Shown here piece after piece: positions 25,201-54,740 of a stretch of 64,000 bases of DNA. The stretch covers positions 144,251 to 208,250 of the forward strand of contig NMRA01000062.1 of the NCBI GenBank assembly GCA_002633005.1, in the 5' to 3' direction. Below the pieces are notes generated by a model. It was not told where the DNA came from. It did no database searches and saw nothing but the letters and a program-made list of their open reading frames with translations. The translations under genes and the position numbers were made by a program. How positions within the stretch are numbered: position 1 is the stretch's first letter; each line of letters starts with the position of its first letter. The DNA comes from Phoronis australis (taxonomy: Eukaryota > Animalia > Phoronida).

Positions 25201-26742
25201 CCGTTTCTTGGAACTGAAGTCTGTGTCAATTTTTCCATTAGGCTGGTTCAAATCAGAAGTCGTCATCATCTTCGTCAGACTTTGTCCATGTTGGAATCAA
25301 TGATATTGGAGTGCATATAATCCATGGGCAAAGTAAGGTAAGACATCTATGCTGAACGCAGGGGACGTTTTGCTATGTGACCTTCAGTCGGAAGTAAGAG
25401 TTGTGAGCATAGACCTTATTCAATTAAGTTTAAAGTTCAAGGATATCTCAAGAAGACTTTTTAAAGACCCTGTCTCGAGCGGTTATCCTGGTTAAAACAC
25501 TTAAAAACGTACAAAAAGTTATTAAGTAAGGAGGCAGTGTGACCTAGTGTGATAGGTGACGCTTTCTTTACTCGAGGTCGTGGGTTCGAGTCCCACTGGG
25601 CCACACTGCTAGACCCTTGAGTCAGGTTTCTAGCTCCTCAGCTCAGTTTTAACTATATATTAATAAAGCATAAACATGGTTTCAGGTGATCAGTGCAATG
25701 GGCCCACATGCGCGGCCTGTGCAAGTCTGGTATAACATGTATCAGACCACCTGCAATTATTTTTTTTATTAAATACTATGTAACGTGCTTTAATGTTTTC
25801 CACTTTTCTGTTATCAAGCTACAAATCTTTTTGAACATGCTTATTTACTTTGGCCAGAATCAGAAAATCAACTATTCTTGTCAATTTCCGTTTTCAAGGT
25901 GCATCAGTTTAGGAACGATTCCTGAATGACGGACATGGTGTCCTTGAAAACACGTTGATACCACCTGAGCGTAAAACAGTTGTTATTTTGTTTGATTGTT
26001 TTTTGATTCACATTTTGGTTCTTGTGATAGAAATTCAGTTGCTTTCTGTCTAAATGTTCAGCCCTTTCTTTGCACATGAGGTATTGTATTTTGAGCTTTA
26101 TTCCATCCTGTCTAGCTGTTACTTTAAATATTTTGAGTTCGTAATTGTAGAGCCACAGTCAAAAGCACCTATGTAGTTGGGGGAAACAGTCGAGACTGAT
26201 TTTATGAGTAAAAGGCGTAATTCAATTTTGTATTTTTAGTCAGCTAAACAGGGCGAATTGCAACTTTACAATAATTGTAAGTGAATACATTGTTCTTCCA
26301 GTAACGAGCATTAATTGCCATGACTCATCACAAATGCACGGTAAATTTCAGCTAAAGGAACAACTCTGGTAAATTAGAGGAAAAATCTAAATCTGTAATA
26401 CTGTATTTTCTTCATCACCCTATCGTCAAACAGGTCTATGCGATTCTTGCTTATTGTATAGTGCCTAGTGCATTCTGGGAAATCTAGTGTGCTGGGTCAA
26501 GTGTGACAAAAAGGTCAAAAGAAAACATGTCACTTGTTCTTTTGCAGATGATGATTCACACATTTGACTACAACTCCATCAAGTGGAGTGAGTGGAGACC
26601 ATCAGGTGGATTTCATCAATATTTAAAGATAACTCCTAAGAATGCCCCCAGAGGGCAGTCAAGTATTATCATTCGTAGTAAACAGTCAGAGCTGGTGGTT
26701 CAACTTATGACAATGCTTCATGACCTTCATAAAAGTAACTAG
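13290..26742 (+). CDS. KRIT1: Krev interaction trapped protein 1 (KRIT1/CCM1): Nudix-like N-terminus, NPxY region, ankyrin repeats, FERM domain; 16 coding exons, ~733 aa
   Basis: Manually spliced GT-AG exons with consistent phases: 13290-13521, 14613-14702, 15635-15773, 16224-16473, 16956-17053, 17601-17735, 18108-18264, 19134-19241, 19592-19696, 20149-20212, 20547-20698, 23522-23685, 24320-24452, 24796-24879, 25242-25337, 26548-26742 (2202 nt). Peptides AVLRPKN, WLAERY...NPVY, FPLHESACKG, WAPIHYAA, TPLHFAA, FTIWICS.NLQLQLK, CWNLKVYGSAFF, VGINDIGVHII and RSKQSELVVQL are collinear with vertebrate KRIT1 as recalled. Confidence 0.95.
14122..14533. mobile_element. PIF/Harbinger-like MITE in KRIT1 intron 1
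   Basis: ~55-bp imperfect TIRs (tgcctggttgcctgaaacagtcc... / ...ggactgcttcatgcaaccaggca) flanked by a 3-bp CAG duplication. Confidence 0.75.
15154..15231. repeat. 78-bp near-perfect palindrome
   Basis: 39-bp arms with one mismatch and no spacer, centred on gttcatgaac. Confidence 0.9.
15719..16170 (+). repeat. ~100-bp tandem repeat x5 spanning the KRIT1 exon 3 donor
   Basis: tccatggtga recurs at ~15750, 15850, 15948, 16048 and 16149; the first unit is the coding exon end plus GTGAGT. Confidence 0.9.
18340..18665. repeat. Purine-rich ~70-bp tandem repeat (tgggaggggccaagagattgagagg...) x ~5
   Basis: Repeated units in KRIT1 intron 7. Confidence 0.85.
19840..19955. repeat. 36-bp tandem repeat x3 (gcgcgttatttttgcctataacactcgcttcctca)
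   Basis: Direct repeats visible. Confidence 0.85.
21401..23124. mobile_element. Non-autonomous Tc1/mariner (pogo/Tc2-like) DNA transposon in KRIT1 intron 11
   Basis: Perfect 24-bp TIR CCGTAATCGTTCGGGTTAACGCCC, TA target duplication (21399-21400, 23125-23126), many subterminal TTAA(C/G)CGCCC motifs and no transposase ORF. Contains an n at 21914. Confidence 0.9.
23663..23960 (+). repeat. 45-bp tandem repeat x ~6.5 spanning the KRIT1 exon 12 donor
   Basis: Unit gaaggtcaagtctatactgtt|gtgagtatgagcttattgaccttg; the first unit is the true exon end. Confidence 0.92.
25530..25757 (+). mobile_element. tRNA-derived SINE, copy 1
   Basis: A-box-like tgacctagtgtg and B-box ggttcgagtcc (25583-25593). The body (ctagacccttgag...caggtgatcagtgca) is shared with the copies at 40468 and 54535. 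Confidence 0.8.
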
Positions 26743-29613
26743 TGACATCTGCTGAGTTCTTCCATGTACGCCTCTGTGTGGCCTTGGAACAGGACACATC
26801 TAGTCAATAAAAGGTTTTAGAATTTGTTGTTTATGGAAACAATGAGATTTTATGTGCAGAAGCCTAAGTTATGCTGTAGTTCAATGACTTTACCAGACTG
26901 TGCTGGTTCTGAATATCTGATAACATCTGGCTCCTTTGTCTTTTGCGTGGTATGACAACGTGTAGGCCAATTATCTACCAGACTTCAAACAGTTACTGTA
27001 ACTGTAACGTGTGGCAGAATACATCCTCTGATATCTTCGGTTGTAGTTGGGGTGATATTGTTGGTTTAAAAACTAAACATGATCAACATTTGACAAGGAA
27101 TTCAGAATTGTTATTAGTTTATGTTCAAACAGATAGTTACTTGTAGTTTTAAAAGCACAGCCTAATGGGGCTAGATAGGATCTTGTCAGGATTAGAGCAA
27201 TTATCAAACAAAAGAGGGCAGGCCCTCCAACCATAAATACCACAATAAGGTGCTGGCTACATCAGTCAACTGGCCAACTTGTTCACTTGCAATCTGATCG
27301 AACAAGTTGGAGTCACCGTGAGAATGCCCTAATAATGCATGCAGTAGTGAGTATAATTAGCAATTATTTTGCTTTATTTCATATCAGAGAACTTTAAAAC
27401 AAAGGGTATAATGTGGTGTGCACCAGTTTCATGAGGTGTTATCCTGTTTCATAATAGTGGGGCCTGTTTTCAAGTATTGTGCAGCATCTATAAGTGTTGA
27501 TCTCACTCCAGTGACTGGATTTCGAGGAAATAATGTGAGTTAGCTCCCCTGAAGACCGAAGTAAAGAAAGAGAATAGTTCCACTGAAGACCGAAGTAAAG
27601 GGAGAGAATAGCTTTATAAATAGCGCAATGATCCAACACGTGATACTTTAAGTACTGTAGTTCGCATTAGTAAATATGTAGACGCTGAGGTTGGCCAGTA
27701 GAGAAATATATCAAATGAACCCAGAAAAATCAGGAACCCCAACTGGGAATCAAACCACACGTCTCTAGATTGCTGGTCTAGTGCCACTGAGTGGGCTCCT
27801 GATTTTTCTGTTTATTTGAGAAACAAGCTTGACATTAAGCTTGACATTGCTAGACATTTTTCTGTATTATACATGTATTGGCCCATACGCCTAAATCCAA
27901 TGTAATGCATTTTTTTCAGAGAAAATCTTTGCTCAAGTGTTGCGCACATAATTATATGTACCTATGTTCCAGGTGGCCAATCCTTATTTCTCTGTGCATG
28001 ACTAAACGGGCTAGTTTTGGGTAGTTTCTCCACGTTTCCGTTAAAAAATTAGTACCAAGTCCACAATTTTGAAACAGAAAGTGCACTTTCAGACACAATC
28101 GATTGTTCTTAGGTTTTAATTTAATGTTTCACATACAGGCGTATGGGTCTAGGCATTTACCCAACAACTGTGATGTGAGTGACATTTTATTTTTAATTGT
28201 AAGATTCTGTACGCAGTTCGTCTGCTGAATTCTATCGAAAAGAAAAAGTGGCTTGTGGCTGGACTTTGTTCAGTAGCTGCAAGCTTAATTCCTATAGTCC
28301 TCTTAAAGTTCACAAATTTTATCTAGCTAAAACTGACTCAAGTTGAGTCTCCTATATTTTTTTATTTGTAAATATTACATTTGCATTGAAACTGTTTTTG
28401 CTCGTATGGCCAAAAACATGTCACAGACATGATCTTTGTTGTCCGTTGGACTTGTCACAATCATCATTTTTGTCTTCCTAATTATGTACAGTTCTGTACT
28501 TATCGTGATTTTGTACAAATAAATCTGTTTAGATTGATTGTATGTTGTTTTTGTAAACAGGGTCTTGGAAAAGTGAAGTTTTGTGAAATGATCTCGTTAC
28601 TCACTGTTTATTGGAGCACAGTTGTAAACGTACATGGCGAGGCGGGGGATATAAACCCCTAAAAGGGGCGTTAAATATACCCTGTCAACGTTTACTTAGA
28701 TACCACTGCTTCCTTAACTTTCGAGCGTGTTATAGTAACGGCGTTGAGTTTATCATATAACTTACCACTAACTCGTCCAGCATTCAAAGCTTACATGCAT
28801 CAAGTTCAGACGAAACCATAAAAGATTGTTCTTCAGAGAAACACTGTGGGACATGGTGTTGTTCGGCTTTAAGTATTGTTCGCCATAAGTTGTGTCCCAT
28901 TAGTGAAACAGAGTGGATGTGCTGCGATGCATGCAACACCTAGACCACCAAGATACCTGAGGAATCGGACAATATGCATGCTGGACAATATCTGGCCTGC
29001 GTTCCTTAGAATCAAAGAAAGTTTGGAGACACGATACTGGCAAAGAAAGTAATCGCGCTAGATTTAATCGCAAAATTCTTCCACACACAGAATGCGGCCT
29101 ACATGCTGAAAACCCTCCTCACCACCATTTTTGTCTTTTGCCTGAAAATGGAACAAAAGTCAGAAACATGTTTGCCATGATCATAATCATTGTTTTGGGG
29201 ACTTTTTGGAAGGTGTAAGTTAGATGGTGCAAGATAGATCCTGAAGGTGCAAGGCAGATCCTGAAAGTTGTGATGAAATGGGTTTGTCAAGACTTGTCGA
29301 GTTCATGTTTACTTCCTAAGCCAACAATGGTGAGTATTATCTCACTAATATCCAATCACAGTTATCTCCACATGCAATATTTATAGACGAAAAAAGTAAC
29401 TGCTGAACTATTTTTGGGCAGACTTGCGAAATGTCAAGTTCCATGACAACTTGTCTGGCAGTTATTGGCGAGCTGACTAGTCAATGAGCTGGCCACGCCA
29501 CCTGGTGACTGGGTAAGTTAGCGTTAATTTTAGTTAGAAAACATGTCCAGAGGATGAGATCATACGTACACTACCAAGTCAAAAAGGAATACTAATGAGA
29601 AATCTAACAGCTG

Positions 29614-29762
29614 GGCCCAGTTGCACAAAATTTATACGCTACATCGCAAAAATAATGTCACGTTATCACGCACCACATTGTTATTGTTGAACAATGCACA
29701 CGACGTCATGCAACAATCGCACTTATCCAGCAGATAATTTTGAAGTTTAATGCAACCCAGTC
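29614..29762. mobile_element. Short PIF/Harbinger-like MITE
   Basis: ggcccagttgca...tgcaacccagtc flanked by CTG/CTG; same TIR type as the 14122 and 53150 elements. Confidence 0.55.
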
Positions 29763-29913
29763 CTGATGAGTAAGATAATCAATTAACGAGTCGTACAAAA
29801 GTTTATTTTATAAAATAACTTTGATGCTATTACTCTATTCTACTGAATCGTTGGATGTCAACAAAAATGATAAAGTGCCTGTATTTACAATTTCATAAAT
29901 TGATAAGAATGTG

Positions 29914-30862
29914 AAAACAAGAGCAACGCGGAGCGTTGACATGCGCCCATGAATGCATCGCAAATGGTGTGCTTTTAGGGGGTTTTGTTTGTATCATTGA
30001 AATGGCCACTAGATGGCACAAAATACGTCGAATTCGTCTGAAAACCAGAAAGTGTCACCATTTCTTTAAAACAAAGCCATTTACAACAAAAATGGCCACT
30101 AGGTGGCACAAACTACAAATCCATCCGAGAATGAGAGGATAGCATATCAGTAATAGACGTCTATGTGCCAAATTTTATGGAAATCCGTTGAGGACCTTTG
30201 AAGATACAGAAGTAAAAAACTAAAACTGCCACTAGGGGGCACACTGGTAAACCGATCTGTTCGAAAGTCATCGTCGTTCGTTGTCAACTTCATATAAACA
30301 CATTAGCTAAATTTAATAAAGATCCTGTAGAACGTTTAGGAGATACAGCCATGGGCACAAAAACAAAACTGCCACTAGGAGGCACCACTGTAGTCGAAGT
30401 CGTCGGAAAATCATCATTAGCTGTCTTCCTCATAGTAAAAACACACATGCCAATTTTCACAATCATCCTTAATAAAGTGGTTTGGTTGTTAGAGGGGCGG
30501 ACGCCAAAAAAACGACTGAAAACAGTAAAAACGGCCACTACATGGCGCAAAATGCCTCGAATCCATCCGAAAACGAGAGGGTAGCGTCAACTCATTAAAA
30601 GATTCCAATGTGCCAAATTTCACAAAAATCGGTTGAGGACCTTTGAAGATACAGAGGCAAAGGTAAAAATCTAAAATTGCCACTAGGGGGCACAGTGGTA
30701 TTCGGGTCGGTCCGAAACTCGTCGCCCTCTGTCATCAACCCTATAGGAACACACTTGCCAAATTTCAATAAGATCCTACAAGGGGTTTAAGAGATACAGC
30801 CGCGGACGCCCAGACAGAGATGACAGCAATATGCGACCACATATAAATATGTGGGCGCATAA
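29914..30862. mobile_element. Non-autonomous Helentron/HINE-like element with an internal ~440-bp tandem repeat
   Basis: Begins AAAACAAGAG plus a short hairpin (caacgc-gga-gcgttg). Subterminal inverted repeat ATGCGCCCA (29941-29949) / TGGGCGCAT (30852-30860), 3' hairpin ccacatat-aa-atatgtgg, A-rich flanks. Segment ~30090-30345 is repeated at ~30530-30800. Confidence 0.7.
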
Positions 30863-31673
30863 TAATTATGTAAGGGATTACATTATTCTAACTATAACAT
30901 CTCTGATTAAGAAAGCGCACTTGTACGATAACAATCAATATCAACTCACAGATTTATATCAATACTACATACATCTATATTTATATCAATATTACATACA
31001 TCTTTATTAAAATCAATATTGCGTACATCTAATACCCAACACTAACATCTAAAGCTATTTAGCAACCAATGGGTCAGTTGCCAACAGTAAAGGTCTTTGA
31101 ATGAGCCCTAACTGAATCAGGCCCACTTACAAATCTTCATGCAAAATGTTGCTGTGACTTCAGACCAAATAAGGGTCAATCTAGGTTTACAATCAAGGGA
31201 GTTAACCCTGCTTTGAATCAAAGCAAGATGTGCTTCAGGGTGCGTTGTAACAAAGGTAACCTTTGTACATGGAGCCGTGGCCAACATTCATGTCACTGAC
31301 GAAGTTTATTAAAGAGGCTTGAAAAATAGTCATTCAGCATGAACAGTGTCAATGTTTTGTCCTTAGGAAAAATACAAAATCATATTCACATTTACCTGTC
31401 AATGGCCATCTCAGCTACGACAGAATACAAGACCTTTAACAAAACTGACACCATATTCCTTTACGACAAGAATAATATTGCAGGGGTGCTGCACTCCACT
31501 GGCACTATACCTGCAAATATCTAACCTAACACTCAACAGCTAAAGTGGAATTTAATGGATTATGGCAAACACTTAATAGCAAGGCTTGTAGTCTAATCTA
31601 GTAGTTGAGTTTATGGTCTGCTAGACACGACAGATCTCTTTAGCAAAGGTCACTGAGCTACATAATGCACTGT

Positions 31674-47811
<16,138 letters not shown>

Positions 47812-49129
47812 CTAAAAGTTGTAAACGAAGTACACAATACCGATAATGATAAACTTTCGACACCATACAAAAAACAACATTAGTTTAAGACATTGTACAT
47901 ACACAATTCACAAGTCCAAAACAACACTAGTATAAGACATTGTACATAAGCTATACATTTCACAAGGCCTAAAACAGCACTAGTAAAAGACAGCGTTTCC
48001 CCTGGGTTTCGAAAGAAGCGTGGTGGTGAATGGCCAAAACGGGATACCAAGCCTGTTGCTGTACACGAGTATGCCAAGTGCGATCCCTCTATTGCTTGGG
48101 TGTCGAAAGGAGTAAGGAGTATGGTGGTAAATGGTCGCAGCGAATGTGGAACCGAGCGCCGCATCACGACCATGGTAAGTGAGATCCTCCCATGGGGTGA
48201 GGGTGGTTGTAGACCTTCTCCACGCAAAATTTGAAAACCTATGTGTAATTTGGTGCAGTCTAGTGCATTCTACAAGTTAGCCTTGAAGATTGCTTTGCGC
48301 AGATCTAGGTAAAAAAACTGACCAAATAAAATCTGACACAAAATTAGTATCATTAAAAGCGACAATCTTCTTTGAGTAAACTAAATTATTTAACGGTATT
48401 GGAAAATTGGCATTCTAGCAATACTCTGCTGCTAAAATTTTGGTGCGATATTTGTGTCGGCTTTTGGCACCATGAAACATTGAGTCACCTATTGGTCAGT
48501 TTCTTTTTTCGTCGATTCTTCAATCACCGTTCTTCCACGAGGTTAAAAGCTTGTCACAACAAATTATCAGAACTGGTTTCATTAAAAAGTATTTTAATAC
48601 CTGCACACAGAATTTCAGAACAAATTAGGCTGCAGTGAAGCTGCCATTGTCTCCCGAGAGATGTCGCAAAAATTAGGAAATGGCGCCTGCATGTGCCACG
48701 AGCATAATGTGTTCGAAACGACAGACTTTTCATTATTACAACAGGCAGAGAATTACCCAAGAAAATTGCGTTTAACAGATTGCTTTTCACTTAAACAGTT
48801 GCAACGGGCAAGGTGAGTGCCAGTTGACTCCCAGATTTTGCATGCACCCCCGCCGGTCGTGTGCTCTACATGTTGATATACATTTAGTGACAAGGCAATG
48901 AGCAGAACTACACGGGGTGTGTGAAATACCTGGCTGGCTGGCTAGGCCATAGGCAACACGTAGCCCCCTCTGTTGGCCATTTAGGGGCTACAATACTTCC
49001 ATTCGTTTTCTGTACGCATTTCGTCACATGTATTTTAAACGGGCAGTAGGCCAAATCCAGCCACCGATTTTGAGTTTTCACCTCGTCAAAAATACATTCC
49101 GCACTTGAAACTATCATTTAAAAACGCGC

Positions 49130-49465
49130 TTACTTTCATTATTGGTCCTTTCTACTTCTATACATATCTTCGATGAAGTTTAGTTGTGAGAATTAAGGTG
49201 ACTTTGGCGAAGAATTCCAACTCCACTTTTTTGATTGCTGTTAACTTTTTCATCACGCATGTGATAACCACAAAGTATGTCAATTGAGTCACGTGAGTTA
49301 GGCAAAGGCTAGCGCGAGACTGAGCGGAGCACGTGACGCTAGCGCGTGACACTTGCAAAATAGCACTGATGAGAAGGTGAAATTTGTAAGATTTGTGTCC
49401 CTTGGACTTTTTATTCGTCAACATGCGTGATTTCACGTAACTTCCTCAAAATGGCACCCGGTAAG
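49130..49465. promoter_or_regulatory. Putative bidirectional promoter and first exons of EZH2 (-) and UBE2E (+)
   Basis: Minus-strand donor (AAA|GTAAGC) at ~49133 and plus-strand donor (CCG|GTAAGA) at 49460/49461 face away from each other. The CpG-rich core has E-boxes GTCACGTGA (49288-49296) and GCACGTGAC (49329-49337). The EZH2 ATG exon starts directly at an acceptor, so an upstream non-coding exon is required. Confidence 0.6.
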
Positions 49466-52400
49466 AGAAACTTGAGCAAACCGCGACAAATTTTCATTGA
49501 TTTGTTCAAGTTTTGCTGACTAAATTGTATCCAGTCAGGTATGTGTTAATTATAACTTCGTGTTAATATATGTATGGTTCATCTGATTTTATTTGCTGTG
49601 TTTTGAAATGAGTAACTTTTTGTGGCGGTGTACTATCGCCCCTGTGTGCCTGCGGCATCCAGGGCGATGTAATTGCCTAGATAGGCCACCGTCCACAGGC
49701 ACAGCCACGACTCACGACAAGCTGAGCAGGACGGCCCAGGACGCCGGTTGTGGCGACCACTGTGTTTTACACAGTGACTGGAACTTTCAGTGGTATCTGT
49801 CTTGTCTGCATACGTAAACAAAAACTGACAAGCAAAAGCGTGAATCGGGAGTAATCGTACCTTGCGATCTGCTTTTGATCTGAGAATTCACTTCTTTCTG
49901 CTTCGAACTCTAGTCACATTTTCCTCCGGATGATTTTCGCGCCGTCTGGTGGATAGACAAAAATAGTGGTATCTACCACAATAATAGGTGCTTGTCTAAA
50001 ACGTACAAATAGTTAGGCATTGATATGGATCTTGAACGATGTTTGCTAACTGAAATGTAATCGATTATTTTGCAAACTTGATATAAACAACTTGAGTTCT
50101 CGCATTTTCGTTAAACAAAAAGTACGTGGACAAAAAATGAATTTTGAGTCACCCACTCACTTGGTATGATCCTATTTTGGCTGTTCCATCTTTTTATAAT
50201 ATTTCAACTGCTGTGAAATAAGCTTGAATTGGAAGTCTACTAAGAGGTTTTAAATCGTTTCATCTCATTTAGTACGTAACAACATAAATTTCACGTCATT
50301 TGTTAATGTGTTATGACAGCATTTGTGTTGTTTTAAACTATAATATTAATAATATTTTGAACAAAGTGGGGTAGGCGCTCGCTCGACGACACGGCTTTGT
50401 TGGAGATTTAACGTCGCTTGAAGAAAATTAAATCATTGGTGATTTTGCTTAATTAGGTAATTACTGGTTGTTTAGAAGTGTTAAATTCTACCCTGGTATC
50501 AAAGTGCATACATTTTTCTTCACTTTGGCTGAAAAAATTTCTAGATTAGGTATTAGTATTATCCGAACGGTTGAGTTGAAGTTAAGCATGTCTGGTAGCT
50601 TTTCCCCGAGTGTGGGTTCTTTTGTCATTGTGTCCCGGTGATTGTGATACACATGTGTTGAGTGGTCTGGTATGTTTCTATTGTGGTGATTGAAACTTAG
50701 CTGTGGTTCAGCCCGGTTCGTTTCAGCAGAGAACCAGTGAATTTAATGTGGATTTTCATGATGTTACGTGGGATTTTGCTTCTCAATTTTGAGGGTATAA
50801 CTAGAATGGTTTGTAACTTTTTTCTAGTCAGATGCATAAGTGTAGTAGTCAAGCTTCCTGGCGGTTTGCATGTTTACTTGGGGTGGGACCATGCACATTT
50901 TTAGGAATTCGGTTTGATTCTTCTTAGGACAAATTTGATTATGTTAGGTTCGATTCTTGCTTGTCAAATGAGTTAATTTTCTCTCAATTACCACTTGTTT
51001 CAGTTTTAGTAATGAAAAATATGACATTCCAACTAAACAGAATTAAAGTCTTGAGCTGCATTTGTGTATTATCTCCAGTAATACTCTTCAAAAGATATAA
51101 TTAAATTGTATCTTTATAAGACATCTATTGGCAAAAAGTGAAACGAAGAATTGAATCAAAAATCGGTTGCTAACGCACCGCAATTTGATTACAGTTCGAT
51201 TAATGGTTGCGCCTCTAACTTTTACGTGTAAGAAAAAGCTTAAATGGTGTATAGCTTTTTTCAGCTTTTGTCTGATTCACTTTGATAAAATTTGAGATTT
51301 TACCAATTGCTGCATTGTCACATAGATGTAGGCATGCAGCACTTGACAGCTGTGTTATAATTCAATCCCAGGTGAACGTTTCATTGTTAGGCCTGCTTGC
51401 GCGGATCCAGAAGGAGGTGTGTTGGGAGTCCAGACCAGACTTCCCTGCATCATGGTCACTTTTACATTGCTGAGATGGTGGCATCTTGAGCGCCTTTGTC
51501 CTTTGTCACACTCACCCAGTGACCCAGCTGCATACCTATGTAACTATGTTGTGAAGTTGCACCTGCATCTGAATTGAGATGTATGCGCTTATGCATGAAA
51601 CATTCTAGTACAAGCAAGGGACATGGTGTTTGAGTGAAGGTTCAATGGATGTCGATGTAAATTTTTAAGATGAAGTATCTAATTGGTCTCAAAATAGTTA
51701 GAATAAAGAGAAGGAACTAAGAAATTTGTTAGTATGTGAATTTTAATCACGTACGCCACCCTTGAGCAAAAATTTTCCCTTGTTTCGAATGTAAGTGCCC
51801 TGAGGTCATTAATTGAATCACACACGGTAACTTTGTAGTTGACATTCGATTTGGGATTCAGAGTAGTGTAATAAAGATGAGATATTTGTAACTATAGAAG
51901 TGTCACTTCTTAAAAGTGTTGATTTAAATTGTTAACTATATAAGTCGCAGTCTTCTGTAATGCGCGTGGATAAATTGATGATTTGATTGATCTTATTTTG
52001 TGTGAAACATTCTCTTCATTTCAAGTAATTGTTTATGCTTGCATTCATGGTGTCAGGACCTTATCCACAAGTCTATGTATTTAGATAAGTGTCTATAAAA
52101 CAATTATAGACTTTAACTCTGTGTTAGTATATTTCTAAAAGCAAAAGGCTTGTAGAATCAGATTTTTCACCAATCTGCCATAGCAAGAAAGCAAGGTTCA
52201 TTGATGGCAAAGAAGCTACTCAAAATAGAACTCTCTAAATATCACGAGCTTAAAAACGTAATATTGTATAATAATTGTCAGTATGACTTATTCGTTGAAA
52301 GATAGATCCCTGTGATTTACCTATTTGTTCAATTTTTGTCTTTGATAATATTCTGATATCTGATTCCAGGTGGGCTTGTGATATATGTACGTGTGCGTGT

Positions 52401-53149
52401 ACGTGTGTTTTTTACTTTTTTGTATTTTGAAATATTTTGTTCAAAAAATATGTGTAAAAAAGTGACGGTATCAATGATTATGGACAAATTTCATTAGATA
52501 TAAATCGAGGTTAAATCTCAAAAATACTGTTACAATTTTCTAAATGATAAGTGCTTTTATCTAAATAATCATTTATTTTATAAATTATATGCAACTTATT
52601 GATTTTTTGTGAAATTAATAAAAGTCCTATTTTTATTACCCCTCATGCAAAAATGGAGATTTTTTACTTGAAAAAGAGTTCCTAACATATTGGAGAATTG
52701 CATGAAGTATGTTATCTGAAAATTTTTATATGAATCCGAACTGCTGTTTCTGAGATGGGATGTTTCTAAGTTAAACAATTTTGGGCATTTTTCTTGGGTC
52801 CTACATAACCAGTTAATGATTGCTTGATAGATTTGCTGAGAAAGAATTTGGACAATTTAGAACACGCAAAATTTTCAACCTGTTGCCCAGCCCAAGTTGT
52901 TAACATTTGTACAGTTTTGCTAGTATTTTTATCACTTGATAGGTCATTTGTCCCATAAAAGTCATTGTTCTGGGTGAACTAAGGTCTTTAGAGTCTCAGT
53001 GACTGTGGGTGCCTTGTTATTGTAAAAAGTCCACATAATTTGCACCTTGAGCCTTTGCTAGATGTGTGTTACTGCATTACTGGCTGTATGCTGTGTGCCA
53101 AACTGGGTTTTATCACTGGTAGTGGGGTAGAGCTCTGGAGGGAGTACAG

Positions 53150-53368
53150 GGTCCCGTTGCAAGAAAACTGACTTAGCTCAGACAAATCTTATATTTCAGT
53201 CAATTTTAAGTTAAAACTTAAATTTGTCTCAAGTTCATTTTTTGAAAGATATCTCAAGTTTTTGTCTGAAATTTGACTATCGTACGGGATGTGGAAGTTT
53301 CAAGGTTTAGAAGTTGAGACAAACCTTAGATTTAAGTAAAAAATGATTGTTTCTAGGAACGGGGGCCC
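53150..53368. mobile_element. PIF/Harbinger-like MITE in UBE2E intron 1
   Basis: ggtcccgttgcaagaaa...tttctaggaacgggggccc flanked by CAG/CAG. Related short elements at 56266-56357 and 57002-57075. Confidence 0.6.
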
Positions 53369-54534
53369 CAGGATAACATTCTGTATTGCCTCTGTAAACA
53401 CAAGAGAAGATCCTAATTGGATTGCTTTGCTGTGGTCATAGTAACCTGGCAAAATTACCCCATGCTATAAAAGCTACATTAATTGTGCTGTGTTATCAGA
53501 GTACAGACAACCCCAGTAATGTACCAGGGTAACCTAAAAAAATGTCAGTATGGCGAGCTCTCCAGGGTATCATTCAGGTGCAACAAGCAAACCTCATGAG
53601 TTTTGAATTCTAGCCTAGATTAGTATCAATAGCTCATGTCTGTTAGGTTAAGATGCATTATTTGTTAGACCTTGTGCTGCTGTCAGTGGCTTTGCCTTAC
53701 GTTTTAAGAGATTGATATTGAACGGTAAAAGACAAACTGGAATTGACGCTTCGTCATTGTCTAACAATTGTAAACGTTATTGAAATCAAGAATGTCAAAA
53801 TTCATTGCCTTTAGTGATTGATATAGGTGCATAAATAACTTGCTATTGATTTTAGCTGGTGTTGTATGCCAACAGGAGTTTAGTGGTGTCTTATTTGTAT
53901 TTGCTAACATATTGACTATTATGTATTGACTACATGAATAATCTGTTTGTACTACCCTCAGTTTTGTACATGGACACGGCTTTATTACTTCATATTTGTT
54001 TCGTGATTTTGTATTAGGACCGTGGCTCCATTTCATGAAATTATTTCGGTATTAATTTAGACCGAAATTACAATGCTGTCATTCCATCACGTGTCACGCT
54101 GCACTTGTTGAACAGTGTTGTTGACGTCATGCCAACAATCAAACTTGATACTTAACAGTGCTTGACGCTTAGCTCAACACCAAACTACATTTGGTGACCT
54201 GGCAAAAATCCTGAGGTCGTCAAAACTGAAAATCTCAGGCAGCCAAATGAAATCGAGGGTTACCGATCCAGCATAGGAAAACTGTTAGTAATTTAAAGTT
54301 TGCAAGTCACTACAAACTTTGAAACATATTTAAAGGAAAATAGTGTGTGACTGTGATACTTGCAGTGGCGACTTCGTGGCAAGTTGGAATTTTTCCTAGG
54401 TCGCCGAACATAATCTGAGGTCTCGGGTCGCGAAATCAAGCGCTTCTTAAACTTTCATGAAGCGGAGCTCCTATAACACAATGACCTAAAATCCATGAAA
54501 TGTATTAAATATATTTTGTAACAGTTAAAAAAAT

Positions 54535-54740
54535 AATTGTAAGAGGTCTGTCTGATACACGTACCAGGCGTGTGCAGGCCACTCCGGTGGGCCCATTGCA
54601 CTGATCACTTGGAACCATTTTTATGCTGAATACATGATAGTTAAAACAGAGCTGATGAGCTAGAGGCCCGACTCAAGGGTCTAGCAGTTTGGGACTCCAA
54701 GTCTCCAACCCACTTAGCCCTCTAGGCCACATTGCCTTCT
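54535..54740 (-). mobile_element. tRNA-derived SINE, copy 3
   Basis: gtgggcccattgcactgatcacttggaacca...gactcaagggtctagcag...ggccacattgcct matches the reverse complement of copy 1. Confidence 0.75.

Noticed and set aside
25530-25605. tRNA gene
   Set aside because: A/B boxes are present but there is no full cloverleaf, and the sequence continues into a body shared by three dispersed copies, so it is a SINE head.
54645-54690. Hammerhead ribozyme in the SINE (CTGAnGA...GAAA)
   Set aside because: Only ~4 nt separate the core boxes in one copy, so there is no stem II, and GAAA is absent in the other copies.
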